From: a virus
Taxonomy: Duplodnaviria > Caudoviricetes
Length of the DNA stretch: 35,392 bases
Direction: 5' to 3' (one strand)
IMG/VR virus record: IMGVR_UViG_3300020045_001097
Coordinates: 1-35,392 of that record
A program made the translations under genes and the position numbers. The notes under the pieces were generated by a model. That model did not search any database. It was not told the DNA's origin and was given only the letters and a program-made list of their open reading frames with translations. How positions within the stretch are numbered: the first letter of the stretch is position 1; each line of letters starts with the position of its first letter. Positions 9,701-17,872 of the stretch are shown in pieces.

Positions 9701-10656
9701 TTAATGCTTTGTTCTTCTCACCTCGTCTGATTGCTTCTCGTCTCCAGATGCTTAATCCTTTCTACTATGCAAAGCTTTCGCCTGTCGTACGGAAGGAAGC
9801 CCTTAAGTCTGCTATGACTCTTGGAGCGCTTGCTATGACGATTGGTGCATTAGCAGAAGCAGGTGGTGCAAGTGTTGAATCTGATCCACGGTCTTCAGAT
9901 TTTATGAAGATTCGCACAGGTGATACTCGTTATGATATCCTTGGTGGATTTGGTCAGTACATCACCCTCGGCGCTCGTCTAATGACTAACGAAAAGAAGA
10001 CTGGTTCAGGTGAAATCAAGAAGTATGGGTCTAAGTTTGGTGAAGAGAATCGTCTTGACGCAATTGAGAAGTTCTTCGAGAACAAGTTTAGTCCTGTTGC
10101 TTCGTTTGTAGCGGACTACTTCCGTGGTACGGATGCTGTAGGTAAAGAGTTTAAAGCGGAGGAAGGTGCTGCCAAACGCATGGTCCCTCTGTTCCTTCAG
10201 GATGCGTACGAGATAACTAAAGAACAAGGACTTCTTAAGGGAGCTGCCATGGCAGCTCCGGGCCTGTTTGGTGTTGGCACACAAACCTATAGCGATGATA
10301 GGGGTGGTGCTGAAGTTAAGAATCGGTATACTGATGATCCTGCATTTAAGGAGATTCAGCGTCTAGGGGGTGATAAAAATATCGTCTCTGTGGGCGATAA
10401 GAACGATGCTAAAACCTTGGGTATTCCTGAACTTGAGGAAACTCAATTGAAAGAGTACCGAGACTACTCTGCTGAACTAATCTCTGCTGCTACTAAAGAA
10501 GCAATGGAGACACCTGAATGGCAACAGTCTTCTGATGAAGAGAAAGTCAAATGGGTAAAACAGATCGGCAAAGATATGCGTAAGATGGCTAGGGAAGACC
10601 TCTTTGGGTCTACAGAAGAGGAGGAACAACCTGAGGACGAATATGACACACAGTGA
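6706..10656 (+). CDS. Large internal virion / ejection protein (gp16 position) with zincin-like metallopeptidase motif
   Basis: 1316 aa, RBS AAAGGA. VTFHEGLGHVGL followed by AVEEILA; C-terminal DLSAPLRQG...DPRSSDFMKIRTGDTRYD region is typical of large phage ejection proteins. Confidence 0.7.
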   Translation: MANPQTWTDPATGSTYELIPDTAPAPKTWTDPSSGDTYELIPDTAPAAPKKTAKDLPLSEGLAAGYRVAKDEIPYVQSRRKFDTYVDLANKMGKNVVKDYFSMKALVPGREMLGIDSYDYDSLFNDAKKAGLVQGDRESFEKSFLERGADRGIDQNTMSENPISGFFGGIGSLVNDPLNVGAGIATGGASAGRSVLGTMGIEGGVNALTEALQLPFTDDALENLGQDMDLGDMATRVAMAGGFGAALGGAGRLLKGETPAAPRTDWTDEIKSEVQTLVDQGASVAQIREAYPQITSPGQIQALEWYVANREQGGAEPIKFTEETPEPAAPKIDEAVDEEALPFEAPDFLRATPRKNSKVVIPEPVAKPDVSVDQAVTHINDMTKDWKGAPEFSVAGKLDDLPDDVRQSVIEDGAEDAKGFVRDGKVYILSHNIKNPEELSAVTFHEGLGHVGLDRMFRERLDTVLEQMYKTNEMVRQTADAWLAKNTTQAPNPLAHAVEEILAQTSEGGNIPASVIQKVKAFLKQYARRVPGLKNLKYTDKEVITILSMAHQKVIDGASSQGRAGNRYMRLFDKPKSANDNVDQARVSEIIDREAEFFGIKNINKALQERDFRADVRAALEKEGLDQDAINLDPRVINKYSKPDGEEPRTRGLNVKKIQGKNDTFNSKFIRELEKDLPEKNRQTWEETEALASKLGMNVKKMETLRKGPAAEEIEAGRMFTLGKLNLISDLQEKINNGTATVKEKDQFLIHLRQFVDMMEIMDEVGTTAGRNLNILRKMVVNNKAAVNNVRYALNQAGDNMLDPTRSKLLLDALDDLKKNPKDSSSRDNSKAYDFFINVINIPRTIMSSLDLSAPLRQGIFLINRKEFWKSWGHMLKSFGSEKVYQESLAEIRARPSFDLMEKAGLYIADVDNELTKREEAFMSGFAARLPGVRQSERAYLGFLNKVRADVFDTILKQSQEAGVDLKEGAKGLKDIGNFINNATGRGSIKHIDESMPILNALFFSPRLIASRLQMLNPFYYAKLSPVVRKEALKSAMTLGALAMTIGALAEAGGASVESDPRSSDFMKIRTGDTRYDILGGFGQYITLGARLMTNEKKTGSGEIKKYGSKFGEENRLDAIEKFFENKFSPVASFVADYFRGTDAVGKEFKAEEGAAKRMVPLFLQDAYEITKEQGLLKGAAMAAPGLFGVGTQTYSDDRGGAEVKNRYTDDPAFKEIQRLGGDKNIVSVGDKNDAKTLGIPELEETQLKEYRDYSAELISAATKEAMETPEWQQSSDEEKVKWVKQIGKDMRKMAREDLFGSTEEEEQPEDEYDTQ
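6721..6855 (+). repeat. Two tandem ~22-aa repeats at the N-terminus of the large internal protein
   Basis: TWTDPATGSTYELIPDTAPAPK and TWTDPSSGDTYELIPDTAPAAPK; the DNA copies differ mostly at synonymous sites. Confidence 0.9.
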
Positions 10657-10849
10657 GATTGAGAGAATCACTGCGCTGGAAGTCCAGATGCAACATCTTA
10701 CAGATATTGTAGTTAAGCAGAATGAAAAACTCGATGACCTTCTCGGTCTCAGAAACAGAGGTGTGGGGGCGTTCTGGTTAGCCAGCGCCCTCGCAGGCAC
10801 CGGTATAATTGGTGTAGTTATTTCTCTTATTGAATGGATAAAAGCATAA
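10643..10849 (+). CDS. Small coiled-coil plus single-TM protein (XhlA/holin-like lysis accessory)
   Basis: RBS GAGGA then ATG 10643; ERITALE coiled coil followed by a hydrophobic C-terminal helix; directly upstream of the endolysin. Confidence 0.55.
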   Translation: MTHSEIERITALEVQMQHLTDIVVKQNEKLDDLLGLRNRGVGAFWLASALAGTGIIGVVISLIEWIKA

Positions 10850-11535
10850 TGCTGCCCGGTGTAGAACAGGCTCTAACAGACCTGCTTAAACAGCTTCAGG
10901 AGATTCTTTCAGAAATTGAAGAAGCTTCTACTGAAGATCAGAAAAGAGCAATTGATCTTACTGTCTTCTTTGCTGAAGTCCGTAAGAGTTTGTTTAACAA
11001 CAAGCTAACCGAAACTCAAGTTGCTGGTATGGAAGCTAAAATTAAAGCTTTCCAAGAGGCAGGGTTCCCTCTTTCTTGGGCAGCCTACGCTATGGCTACT
11101 TCGTACCATGAAACAGCTAAGCGGATGGTTCCTGTACGAGAAGGACTAAGCGTTAGTGACGCTTGGCGCAGGAAAAATCTAAGGTACTACCCTTGGTACG
11201 GGCGAGGGGATGTACAGCTTACGTGGGAAGAGAACTATAAGAAAGCTGATAAGAAGCTTGGGTTAAATGGTAAACTTGTAAACAACCTTGATCTAGCTCT
11301 TGACAATGAAATCTCTGCTAAGATCATGGTTCTTGGTATGAAAGAAGGCTGGTTTTCTAGTGACTCACAAGGTCGGCATACACTAGCTAGGCACCTTCCT
11401 AACGCAGAAGAGTCTGTGGGTAGGTTCACTAATGCCAGACGTATTATCAATCTAATGGACAAAGCAATGCTTATTGCTACGTACGCAGTAAAATTCCAAG
11501 AAGCTCTTAAGGCTGCTGGATACGGGAGGATTTAA
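10849..11535 (+). CDS. Endolysin, glycoside hydrolase family 19 (lysozyme/chitinase-like)
   Basis: AYAMATSYHET, PVRE, WYGRGDVQLTWEENY and ARRIIN motifs. Start taken at the TAATG overlap (ORF track 10834). Confidence 0.85.
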   Translation: MLPGVEQALTDLLKQLQEILSEIEEASTEDQKRAIDLTVFFAEVRKSLFNNKLTETQVAGMEAKIKAFQEAGFPLSWAAYAMATSYHETAKRMVPVREGLSVSDAWRRKNLRYYPWYGRGDVQLTWEENYKKADKKLGLNGKLVNNLDLALDNEISAKIMVLGMKEGWFSSDSQGRHTLARHLPNAEESVGRFTNARRIINLMDKAMLIATYAVKFQEALKAAGYGRI

Positions 11536-11972
11536 TGGGTATACCAATTATAGGTGATATCATTGGGGCTGTTAAAGACCTCGCTGGTAAGGCTATCGTA
11601 GATAAAGATAAGAAGAATGAAATCCTCTACAAGCTTCAAGAGCTAGAGGATAAAGCTGATCAACGCTTTCACGATGAACTAATGGGTCAGATTGAAACCA
11701 ATAAGATTGAAGCTTCCCACTCTAGTATCTTTGTTGCCGGTTGGCGACCGTTTATTGGATGGGTAGGCGGAGTAGGCTTGGCTTATACTTTTGTACTTTC
11801 TCCGTTCATCGAACTAATTGCTAGAGCAAGAGGGTTTGTAGGAGAGATGCCAATGCCTGATGCCAATCAATTGATGACTTTGATTACTGCCATGCTTGGT
11901 GTAGGTGCTATGCGAAGTTATGAGAAAGTCAAAGGTGTTGCAACTAATGACATGACGACTAAAAACAAATAG
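11535..11972 (+). CDS. Holin (3TM, GTA-holin family)
   Basis: NKIEASHSSIFVAGWRPFIGWV and LGVGAMRSYEKVKGV signature; hydrophobic helices; follows the endolysin. Confidence 0.85.
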   Translation: MGIPIIGDIIGAVKDLAGKAIVDKDKKNEILYKLQELEDKADQRFHDELMGQIETNKIEASHSSIFVAGWRPFIGWVGGVGLAYTFVLSPFIELIARARGFVGEMPMPDANQLMTLITAMLGVGAMRSYEKVKGVATNDMTTKNK

Positions 11973-11981
11973 TGTAGACAT

Positions 11982-12023
11982 AAAAATAGGCCCTCCTAGC
12001 AATCGCCGGGAGGGCCTTTTCTT
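11982..12023. terminator. Bidirectional intrinsic terminator between the two converging arms
   Basis: Stem AGGCCCTCC (11988-11996) / GGAGGGCCT (12009-12017), flanked by AAAAA upstream and TTTT downstream. Confidence 0.85.
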
Positions 12024-12026
12024 GTA

Positions 12027-13973
12027 TTAACCGTCTAAGACGTTACCAATTGTAACAATCTCACAAGAACCACCTGTGCAGGCAAGCTCTTGACTTCCGG
12101 TAGTCATATCTTCAGTCTCGTAAAACCGAAGGTCATCCCAGTTGATTTCTGGCATGGGGTACTTAACTAGCCACTCGTTGTACTGTTCTTCTGTACACTC
12201 TTGGTAGGGAGCCTGCTTGTACGTTCCTCCGTCGTACGGGAGGAAGGACACTCCAGACAACATATCAAAGTGTTTGTACACCCAAGCGAACACGTCAATC
12301 CACTCTTCTTCTCGTACGTAGACTGTAGCTGATGGTTTATGTTCACACCAACTGTCTTGTAGAAGTTTCCAGAGTTCTAGAGAGCCGATAGCGGTATCGT
12401 CATCGCGCATCTTAGAGTTCTTAGGAGACTTCATAGGGAAGTAGAAGACTGTTGTATTCTCAGGCTTAGTTACGTCCGGCTCCGAATAAACTCCAGAGTC
12501 TTTGAGAAACTTAGTGATAGGGTCTTTATTGTCAGCTCGAACAGTACGCAGATAGTAAGGACTGTGCCGAGAATGTAGACCACTACCAGAATTAACAAGC
12601 TGAGAAACAGTGCCACTAGGTTTGACACAAGTAGTTGCAGCAGATTGAGGAATCCCAAGCCTTTCAGCCCATTCTTTATTTGTATCAATAACGACTTGCT
12701 TAACTTCATTCAATACCCCGTCCGTAAGTAGTTCAGGGTTATCAGCTATCCCTGTAAGACTGACCCCCAAAAGCCTTTCTTCTTCACAGTTTCGTTGCCA
12801 GATGTTTCTGAGATACTTAAAGGAAGTGAAAGTTGATTGGATTGTTCCGAGGATAGCAGCGATACGCGCCTTTCTACCAAGAGACTCCACAGTGTCGTTA
12901 TCTCTAATAACGATCTCTGTAAGATTACAAAACTCGAAAGGTCGGAGAATGATCTCTGAGCATGGGTTAGTTCCCCACTCATGGTTTGGATCGCGCCGCC
13001 CATTGCGTCCAGCAATTCGTTCACATGCGTATCTACTGAAGAACCCTCGTTCTCCGCTCTTTGAGTCATACAATGCCTTTGCTTCTGCAAGGAACAAGTC
13101 CATGTCTGGCTTACGCCGATTGTAAACAGCCGAGTTATTAGCAAGAGCTCGCTGTACGTTCTGTGCCCACCATGCTCCGGACTTAGCTCCTCGCATACGT
13201 TCGTCAGTAACATCAGACAGAGAGATCATAGCTGATCGTCGTACACCCCCAACTACAACAACTTCAGCAACCTTACACATAAGGTCGTGGGCTTCTAGTG
13301 AAGTAAGCCTACGCCCAGCGGCAGAAGTGAAGAGCCGTACTGTGAAGTGAAAAAGTTCGACAAGTGGTTCAGGTCCAGAGGCCCGTCCTCCAAATGTTTT
13401 AAGCCTTTCTCCTGCAAGACGCACAGATGATATATCCCATTTTGGGATTTGACCAGCAATAAGTAAGGAAATAAGTTCGCGAAAAGATCGCGCCCATCCC
13501 TCTTTACTATCTGCAACTCGTACGGTGGTATCTGAATCGTGAAATTGCTCGGAGATTCTGGGAAGTTTATCAACGTATTTCTCTTCTACAGAAAAGCCGA
13601 CACCCGTGCCACACATGAGGATATACATAGCTTCGTCAAAAGCTCTAGGGCTATCCACCACCAGATAGGCACAGTTATAGGCAGCCACATCACAACGGTC
13701 CAGAGCCGGTCCCGCAGCCATGAGGGCGCGCATTGACGGCATGACTTCGAGATTGTAGATAGCGTCATATAGCTCTTTTTCTTCTCCTGACGACAATCGA
13801 CTACGATTCTTAGAGCCTGTGTCAATACGGGATGAGTAGTAATTAACAAGACGTTCTACCGTCTCATCCCAGTTCTCTCGACGACCTAGATCATCACGCC
13901 ATCGGGCGTACCTGCTCTTAAAAATAAACGACTCATAGGCTGAGTCAAACGGATAGTACTTATTATTGTTCAA
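12027..13973 (-). CDS. nrdJ: Class II (adenosylcobalamin-dependent) ribonucleotide reductase
   Basis: MPSMRAL, AAYNC, GTGVGFSV, RLKTFGGRASGP, VVVGGVRRSAMI, GTNPCSEI, FCNLTE, TCVKPSGTVS and C-terminal LACTGGSC; no small-subunit gene nearby. Confidence 0.95.
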   Translation of the reverse strand: MNNNKYYPFDSAYESFIFKSRYARWRDDLGRRENWDETVERLVNYYSSRIDTGSKNRSRLSSGEEKELYDAIYNLEVMPSMRALMAAGPALDRCDVAAYNCAYLVVDSPRAFDEAMYILMCGTGVGFSVEEKYVDKLPRISEQFHDSDTTVRVADSKEGWARSFRELISLLIAGQIPKWDISSVRLAGERLKTFGGRASGPEPLVELFHFTVRLFTSAAGRRLTSLEAHDLMCKVAEVVVVGGVRRSAMISLSDVTDERMRGAKSGAWWAQNVQRALANNSAVYNRRKPDMDLFLAEAKALYDSKSGERGFFSRYACERIAGRNGRRDPNHEWGTNPCSEIILRPFEFCNLTEIVIRDNDTVESLGRKARIAAILGTIQSTFTSFKYLRNIWQRNCEEERLLGVSLTGIADNPELLTDGVLNEVKQVVIDTNKEWAERLGIPQSAATTCVKPSGTVSQLVNSGSGLHSRHSPYYLRTVRADNKDPITKFLKDSGVYSEPDVTKPENTTVFYFPMKSPKNSKMRDDDTAIGSLELWKLLQDSWCEHKPSATVYVREEEWIDVFAWVYKHFDMLSGVSFLPYDGGTYKQAPYQECTEEQYNEWLVKYPMPEINWDDLRFYETEDMTTGSQELACTGGSCEIVTIGNVLDG

Positions 13974-13974
13974 A

Positions 13975-14364
13975 TCAAAGACCTAGCATATCTGGAGCAA
14001 CGTACGTATCTGGTTTTAGGATTTTACCGTCTTCACGGAAGATAACCTTACCGTCTACAACCTTAGTCATGTTACTGTTGTGTACGCGATTGAAGGCTGC
14101 GTCAGCGGGGATGTTGAAGTAGACTGCGGCTTGCGAGACAACATACTGAAGGTCTGCCCACTCCTTACAAAGTTCGGCACGAAACTGTGGGTTGTCCTTA
14201 TCTCGTACGTAGTCTTCGCACGCGATAAAGAACTCATTAAGTTCCTCAACGATGCAAGTAGCAATAGACTCATCAACACTGCTTTCACTGCCATCGAAGT
14301 CAACCTTATCTGCTGCTTTACGGAATGCATTAACTTTTTCTTCTCGTGTCGTGTTAGGCATCAT
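13975..14364 (-). CDS. MazG-like / PRA-PH family NTP pyrophosphohydrolase
   Basis: IVEELNEF...KEWADLQYVV...FNRVHNSNMTK...REDGKILKP. Start re-called at ATG 14364 (RBS GAGGA). Confidence 0.85.
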   Translation of the reverse strand: MMPNTTREEKVNAFRKAADKVDFDGSESSVDESIATCIVEELNEFFIACEDYVRDKDNPQFRAELCKEWADLQYVVSQAAVYFNIPADAAFNRVHNSNMTKVVDGKVIFREDGKILKPDTYVAPDMLGL

Positions 14365-14482
14365 ACTCTTCATCCTCAATATCATTTGTCTTGCGCTTAG
14401 GGTAGCGTAGGTCTTTTTCCTCATGGAACTTCCTACGCACTTCCCTTTTTCTTTTATCTTCGTACTTGTTAAGACCGCTCAT
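14354..14482 (-). CDS. 42-aa highly charged hypothetical protein (not in ORF track)
   Basis: [42 protein letters not shown]; RBS GAGGA 6 nt upstream; fills the gap and overlaps both neighbours. Confidence 0.55.
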   Translation of the reverse strand: MSGLNKYEDKRKREVRRKFHEEKDLRYPKRKTNDIEDEEYDA

Positions 14483-14654
14483 CCCAATCCTCTAGCGCTG
14501 CCAATGGCCAAACCTGAACAGACCCCGGCTCAAAAGAACTCTCTACACAGTACCCTTCAGGTGTGTGTTTAGTAGAATAGAAACCACAAACAGTTCCTCG
14601 CCAAGAAGAGTTAGTCTTTTTCTTTACCTTATCGCCTATATTCCATTTATTCAT
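14469..14654 (-). CDS. dfrB: Type II (R67/DfrB-like) dihydrofolate reductase homologue
   Basis: [50 protein letters not shown] aligns without gaps to the R67 core [50 protein letters not shown]. Confidence 0.85.
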   Translation of the reverse strand: MNKWNIGDKVKKKTNSSWRGTVCGFYSTKHTPEGYCVESSFEPGSVQVWPLAALEDWDERS

Positions 14655-14883
14655 CTATGTCTTGTCCGTACTCAAATTCAATCAATAGGTCAATATAGTG
14701 GCGGGCCTTAAGAAGGTCTTCTAGTCCACCCTTATCACGAAATCGTGTAGTATACTTAATAACATTAGACTGGCAATGATCGAGACCATTGCGCATACAG
14801 TACTCAATAGGTTGAATATCAAATGTCTTATAGTGCTCTCCGCCTACCTGTACGGAAAGAGGATCGTGACTTTCACCGGTCAT
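14647..14883 (-). CDS. DUF3310 / T7 gp1.7-like nucleotide kinase domain protein
   Basis: QVGGEHYK...IQPIEY...NVIKYTTR...[19 protein letters not shown]; start re-called at ATG 14883 with RBS GGAG. Confidence 0.85.
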   Translation of the reverse strand: MTGESHDPLSVQVGGEHYKTFDIQPIEYCMRNGLDHCQSNVIKYTTRFRDKGGLEDLLKARHYIDLLIEFEYGQDIDE

Positions 14884-15127
14884 CGTCTTCTCCAAATAGT
14901 CCATTGAACGTTGGTTCATCCAGTGTTCCATCTGCCAGATCATCGGCTTCGTCATTATCTTCAATAACCCCATAAAAGAAATAAGATTTAGGGGCAGAAG
15001 TATCAATCGTCTTCCACCGTCGATCACGTTCTTTAGAGATTGCTTGTAGGCCGTTAAACGCTTCTTGATTGACTTCTGTGGCTTCTCCGTCACTTCCCAA
15101 CCAAAAGAACATATCATTGTTCGTCAT
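14873..15127 (-). CDS. Hypothetical protein
   Basis: RBS AAGGA; overlaps neighbours in the operon; acidic C-terminus. Confidence 0.6.
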   Translation of the reverse strand: MTNNDMFFWLGSDGEATEVNQEAFNGLQAISKERDRRWKTIDTSAPKSYFFYGVIEDNDEADDLADGTLDEPTFNGLFGEDDDR

Positions 15128-15317
15128 TATTGTTATCCTTGTTTAATTGAAGTTCCTCTTCAATGTCTTCGATGTTGTCGATTATCTCTTCTTCAAGAAG
15201 CTGGACAATCCTCTCAATCGGGACATCAAGAAACTCTACCAATTCCCAACCCTCAAATCGGTCAATGAGAGCTTCTATAACCATTGGGCTGATTTCGCCC
15301 TCATCCATAAGTGCCAT
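15114..15317 (-). CDS. Small acidic hypothetical protein
   Basis: ELVEFLDVPIERIVQLLEEEI helix; follows the metallophosphoesterase; start uncertain. Confidence 0.6.
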   Translation of the reverse strand: MALMDEGEISPMVIEALIDRFEGWELVEFLDVPIERIVQLLEEEIIDNIEDIEEELQLNKDNNNDEQ

Positions 15318-15323
15318 CACTCC

Positions 15324-16073
15324 TTACCCGTACGCTCGTTTAATACGATCCATTGATACCCATTGAAAGTCAAACAGTCCATCTTGTACGTTATCCAAGA
15401 TAGCGATACCTCGTGACCACATATCATTAGCTGGTCCAGCGTATGCTGCTTCATAGTCTACGTACGACCCGCAAGCAAGTCCCATAAGAGATCGTCCGGG
15501 TGTCCTGTCAATCTTGTAGTCAGTAACATGTGAGTGTCCTACTACTGTACTCTTATTACGCTTTTTGATCAAACTCCAAGCGGGGTGAGTTCCACCGATA
15601 GGACGACCCATCAAGCCGGATGTAGCGTAGTGCATAAAGTCTACACCACCAATGTCGACAGGCTCAAGGAACGGATAAACCTCCCAAGGAAAGGCCTTGT
15701 ACCCAATGTCCTCGTTCTTAATCTTTCCTTCAAAGATTGGATGTTCAGCTACGTAGCGTTCAGGGCGAATATCGTGATTGCCTAAAGTCCACACCCAACG
15801 TGGTTGCTTTTTCTTAGACTTTCGTACGGCGTGGAAGAGCTTCTCTTGAGCGTCCTTAGCTGCGTTGCAGTCTGCTTCGTAACGTGCTCCTTCAACTTCA
15901 ATAGGTTTGCTGTGGAAACACAGAGAGGCCATATCAGCTAGGTCACCAATGTTTACTACAACATCTGGCTTAGCGTCATGGATTAACTCACCTGCCCACA
16001 AGAACCTATCGTTGTTGTAATCAGGATGTGCGTGGCTGTCTGGAAGGACAACAATCTTTAGGGGTTTAGTCAT
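15324..16073 (-). CDS. Calcineurin-like metallophosphoesterase
   Basis: All five motifs present: DSH, GDLAD, GNHD, MH, GHSH. Confidence 0.9.
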   Translation of the reverse strand: MTKPLKIVVLPDSHAHPDYNNDRFLWAGELIHDAKPDVVVNIGDLADMASLCFHSKPIEVEGARYEADCNAAKDAQEKLFHAVRKSKKKQPRWVWTLGNHDIRPERYVAEHPIFEGKIKNEDIGYKAFPWEVYPFLEPVDIGGVDFMHYATSGLMGRPIGGTHPAWSLIKKRNKSTVVGHSHVTDYKIDRTPGRSLMGLACGSYVDYEAAYAGPANDMWSRGIAILDNVQDGLFDFQWVSMDRIKRAYG

Positions 16074-16219
16074 TAAGAGTCATTCTCCAGTCCTGACAAA
16101 GCTTCTTCAAACCACTCCCAATTATCTACACCACCCGCATAAAGAGCATCTAGAGTTTTTGAAGCTTGTAGAAGTTCTCTGTATTCTGTTTCAGAAATTG
16201 TAATTGTTTCTTCAGGCAT
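16073..16219 (-). CDS. Small conserved phage hypothetical protein
   Basis: ITISETEYRELL...LDALYAGGVDNWEWF pattern is common in phages; RBS GGAGG before ATG 16219. Confidence 0.7.
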   Translation of the reverse strand: MPEETITISETEYRELLQASKTLDALYAGGVDNWEWFEEALSGLENDS

Positions 16220-16577
16220 ACCATTCCTCCGGTATTGTGGTCCCTTCACTCCAGAGGAAACCGTTGTCTTCACACCATTGCCAGTACATACGACTGTTAG
16301 GGCTTTTAGTTAGTCGGTTATTAGCCTTTTGAAATAAGAAACGAATATCGAGGCAGGGATTCTGCTTTTTAACAGCTACCATCTTTGTACGATCTTTACT
16401 CTCAAAATAACCTTTAGCTTCTACGATAACTCCGTTGCTTAAAACAAAGTCTGGAATGTACCGCTTAGTCTGTGTATATTTTACTATAGGCTCTGATGGT
16501 TCGTGTTCTGCTTTAGGATTGGCTAGCGCTACTCGCTCTTCGTACCCAGATCGGTACTTTCTTTTAGGTGACTTCAT
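16212..16577 (-). CDS. T7 endonuclease I-like Holliday junction resolvase
   Basis: YRSGYE...YIPDFVL.NGVIVEAKG...DR.KM...DIRFLFQ...YWQWC...GF...IPEEW; RBS GGAGG before ATG 16577. Confidence 0.9.
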   Translation of the reverse strand: MKSPKRKYRSGYEERVALANPKAEHEPSEPIVKYTQTKRYIPDFVLSNGVIVEAKGYFESKDRTKMVAVKKQNPCLDIRFLFQKANNRLTKSPNSRMYWQWCEDNGFLWSEGTTIPEEWYA

Positions 16578-17397
16578 AGACCTCCGGGGTTTTGACCACC
16601 TTTGTAAGATACCGGGGGCCTGTTGAATAGATAAAGGTACGAAGGTCTTTATAACATTCGTGTTTGAATGCACAATATGAACACTCCGTGCCCAGCTTCA
16701 TATTTCCACTCTTGCCGTCTGGAATATCCGAAAAGCAACGAGGTGGCGGAGTAGGTTGAGCAATAACTTCTTTCAGATGTTTGATGCGTGGCAGTGGCGG
16801 GTGGTCGGCTATGATAGATGTGCTTACATTCATCACACAAATGTCACCACTTACCTTGTCGGCTGCGAGAAAAGCTCCACCTTCTCCCGGAGTAATAGTA
16901 TCTGCGTACCCAGAGATTTGCTGGATATACCCAAAAGCGTCGTTCTCAAGAAGAGTGTTATCTTTGAATTTCTTGTACGAGAAGGGAGAAGCTGATTTGA
17001 CATCAACGACAACACCATCAATGATAGCATCGATATGCCCCTTGACACCATCCACTTCAATTTCCATCTGTTCAGCTTCAACGCTATGGCCAGCTTCCTT
17101 TGCAAGGAATAGTAGAAGTGCTTCAATAACATCGCCATAAGTAAATTTGAAGTAGGTCTTAGGTGTCATCTCTTCAGATGGGTAACCATGTGCCATATAC
17201 CACAACTGACGGTCTGGCTTACCGAGAGCAGAGAAGCGTAGAGGGTCTCGAACGTCTTCACGGGACGCTAGACGCGTACGCATAATCTGCTTCATTGTTT
17301 CCCCGAAAGCTTCTAGATTCTTTTCATCTGGTACGTGCATCTCATTTGGATTGAAAAGAGCAAAGATGTCTTCAGGGAGCGTGTCAAGAGTTTTCAT
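16564..17397 (-). CDS. PD-(D/E)xK Cas4-like exonuclease
   Basis: RFSALGKPDRQLWY, GHIDAIIDGVVVDVKSAS, YIQQISGY, CSYCAFKHEC. Confidence 0.85.
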   Translation of the reverse strand: MKTLDTLPEDIFALFNPNEMHVPDEKNLEAFGETMKQIMRTRLASREDVRDPLRFSALGKPDRQLWYMAHGYPSEEMTPKTYFKFTYGDVIEALLLFLAKEAGHSVEAEQMEIEVDGVKGHIDAIIDGVVVDVKSASPFSYKKFKDNTLLENDAFGYIQQISGYADTITPGEGGAFLAADKVSGDICVMNVSTSIIADHPPLPRIKHLKEVIAQPTPPPRCFSDIPDGKSGNMKLGTECSYCAFKHECYKDLRTFIYSTGPRYLTKVVKTPEVYEVT

Positions 17398-17596
17398 TAC
17401 TGTTATCCGGTTCTATAAAGATAGTATCAAATTCCCAATTGTCATCTGTGTAATCAACAGAGATAGGAAGTAGCTCAGCAAGCTTTAGAAGTTCTGCTTG
17501 AGACCTCCAGTCTGTCGATTCATCTACATCAACTGAGGCAGCACCTCGCATAATGAACTTACCCGTACGTTTAAATACGATATCAACTCGCTTCAC
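17384..17596 (-). CDS. Hypothetical protein
   Basis: GTG start overlapping the upstream TGA (GTGA); 70 aa. Confidence 0.55.
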   Translation of the reverse strand: MKRVDIVFKRTGKFIMRGAASVDVDESTDWRSQAELLKLAELLPISVDYTDDNWEFDTIFIEPDNSNENS

Positions 17597-17658
17597 TTAA
17601 CAGCCCAAGCAATCAAAGCAAACATCCCTAATACAATAATAACTGAACCAATGTCCAT
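17593..17658 (-). CDS. 21-aa hydrophobic micropeptide
   Basis: MDIGSVIIVLGMFALIAWAVK; coupled by TAATG upstream and GTGA downstream. Confidence 0.55.
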   Translation of the reverse strand: MDIGSVIIVLGMFALIAWAVK

Positions 17659-17741
17659 TAAGCAACAGCGATAATAAGATTACTAATAAAATTACCTACA
17701 CAGTAACAAAATGCAATCCAACCGAAAAAAGGATTATCCAT
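17658..17741 (-). CDS. 27-aa hydrophobic micropeptide
   Basis: MDNPFFGWIAFCYCVGNFISNLIIAVA; strong RBS AGGAG 6 nt upstream. Confidence 0.55.
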   Translation of the reverse strand: MDNPFFGWIAFCYCVGNFISNLIIAVA

Positions 17742-17756
17742 ATTAATCTCCTAAAG

Positions 17757-17870
17757 AAGCAGGCCTTCCACCCGCTGGGACGCTACCGGTGCGCCTCTGC
17801 ATCATCTATAGGACAGACTGCCCTGCCTACACTGGCATGATACAACCAGAGCCACCTTAGTGACTGACCT
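17757..17870 (-). ncRNA. Candidate structured RNA element (five consecutive hairpins) after the ssb gene
   Basis: On the - strand: AGUCAC/GUGGCU, CUGGU/GCCAG, UGUAGG/CCUAUA, GGCGC/GCGUC, AGCGGG/CCUGCU; every stem uses G-U pairs on this strand. Confidence 0.4.
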
Positions 17871-17872
17871 GA

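Noticed and set aside
12027-13973. Intron or intein in nrdJ (also checked polA and primase-helicase)
   Set aside because: ORFs are continuous, of normal length, with no intein C-terminal HN-C/S/T block or inserted endonuclease.
16564-17397. CRISPR-associated Cas4
   Set aside because: No cas1/cas2 or CRISPR array; it sits among replication nucleases as a solo phage exonuclease.
17757-17815. tRNA gene
   Set aside because: No acceptor stem, D-arm or TTCRA T-loop; only the arm geometry is tRNA-like.
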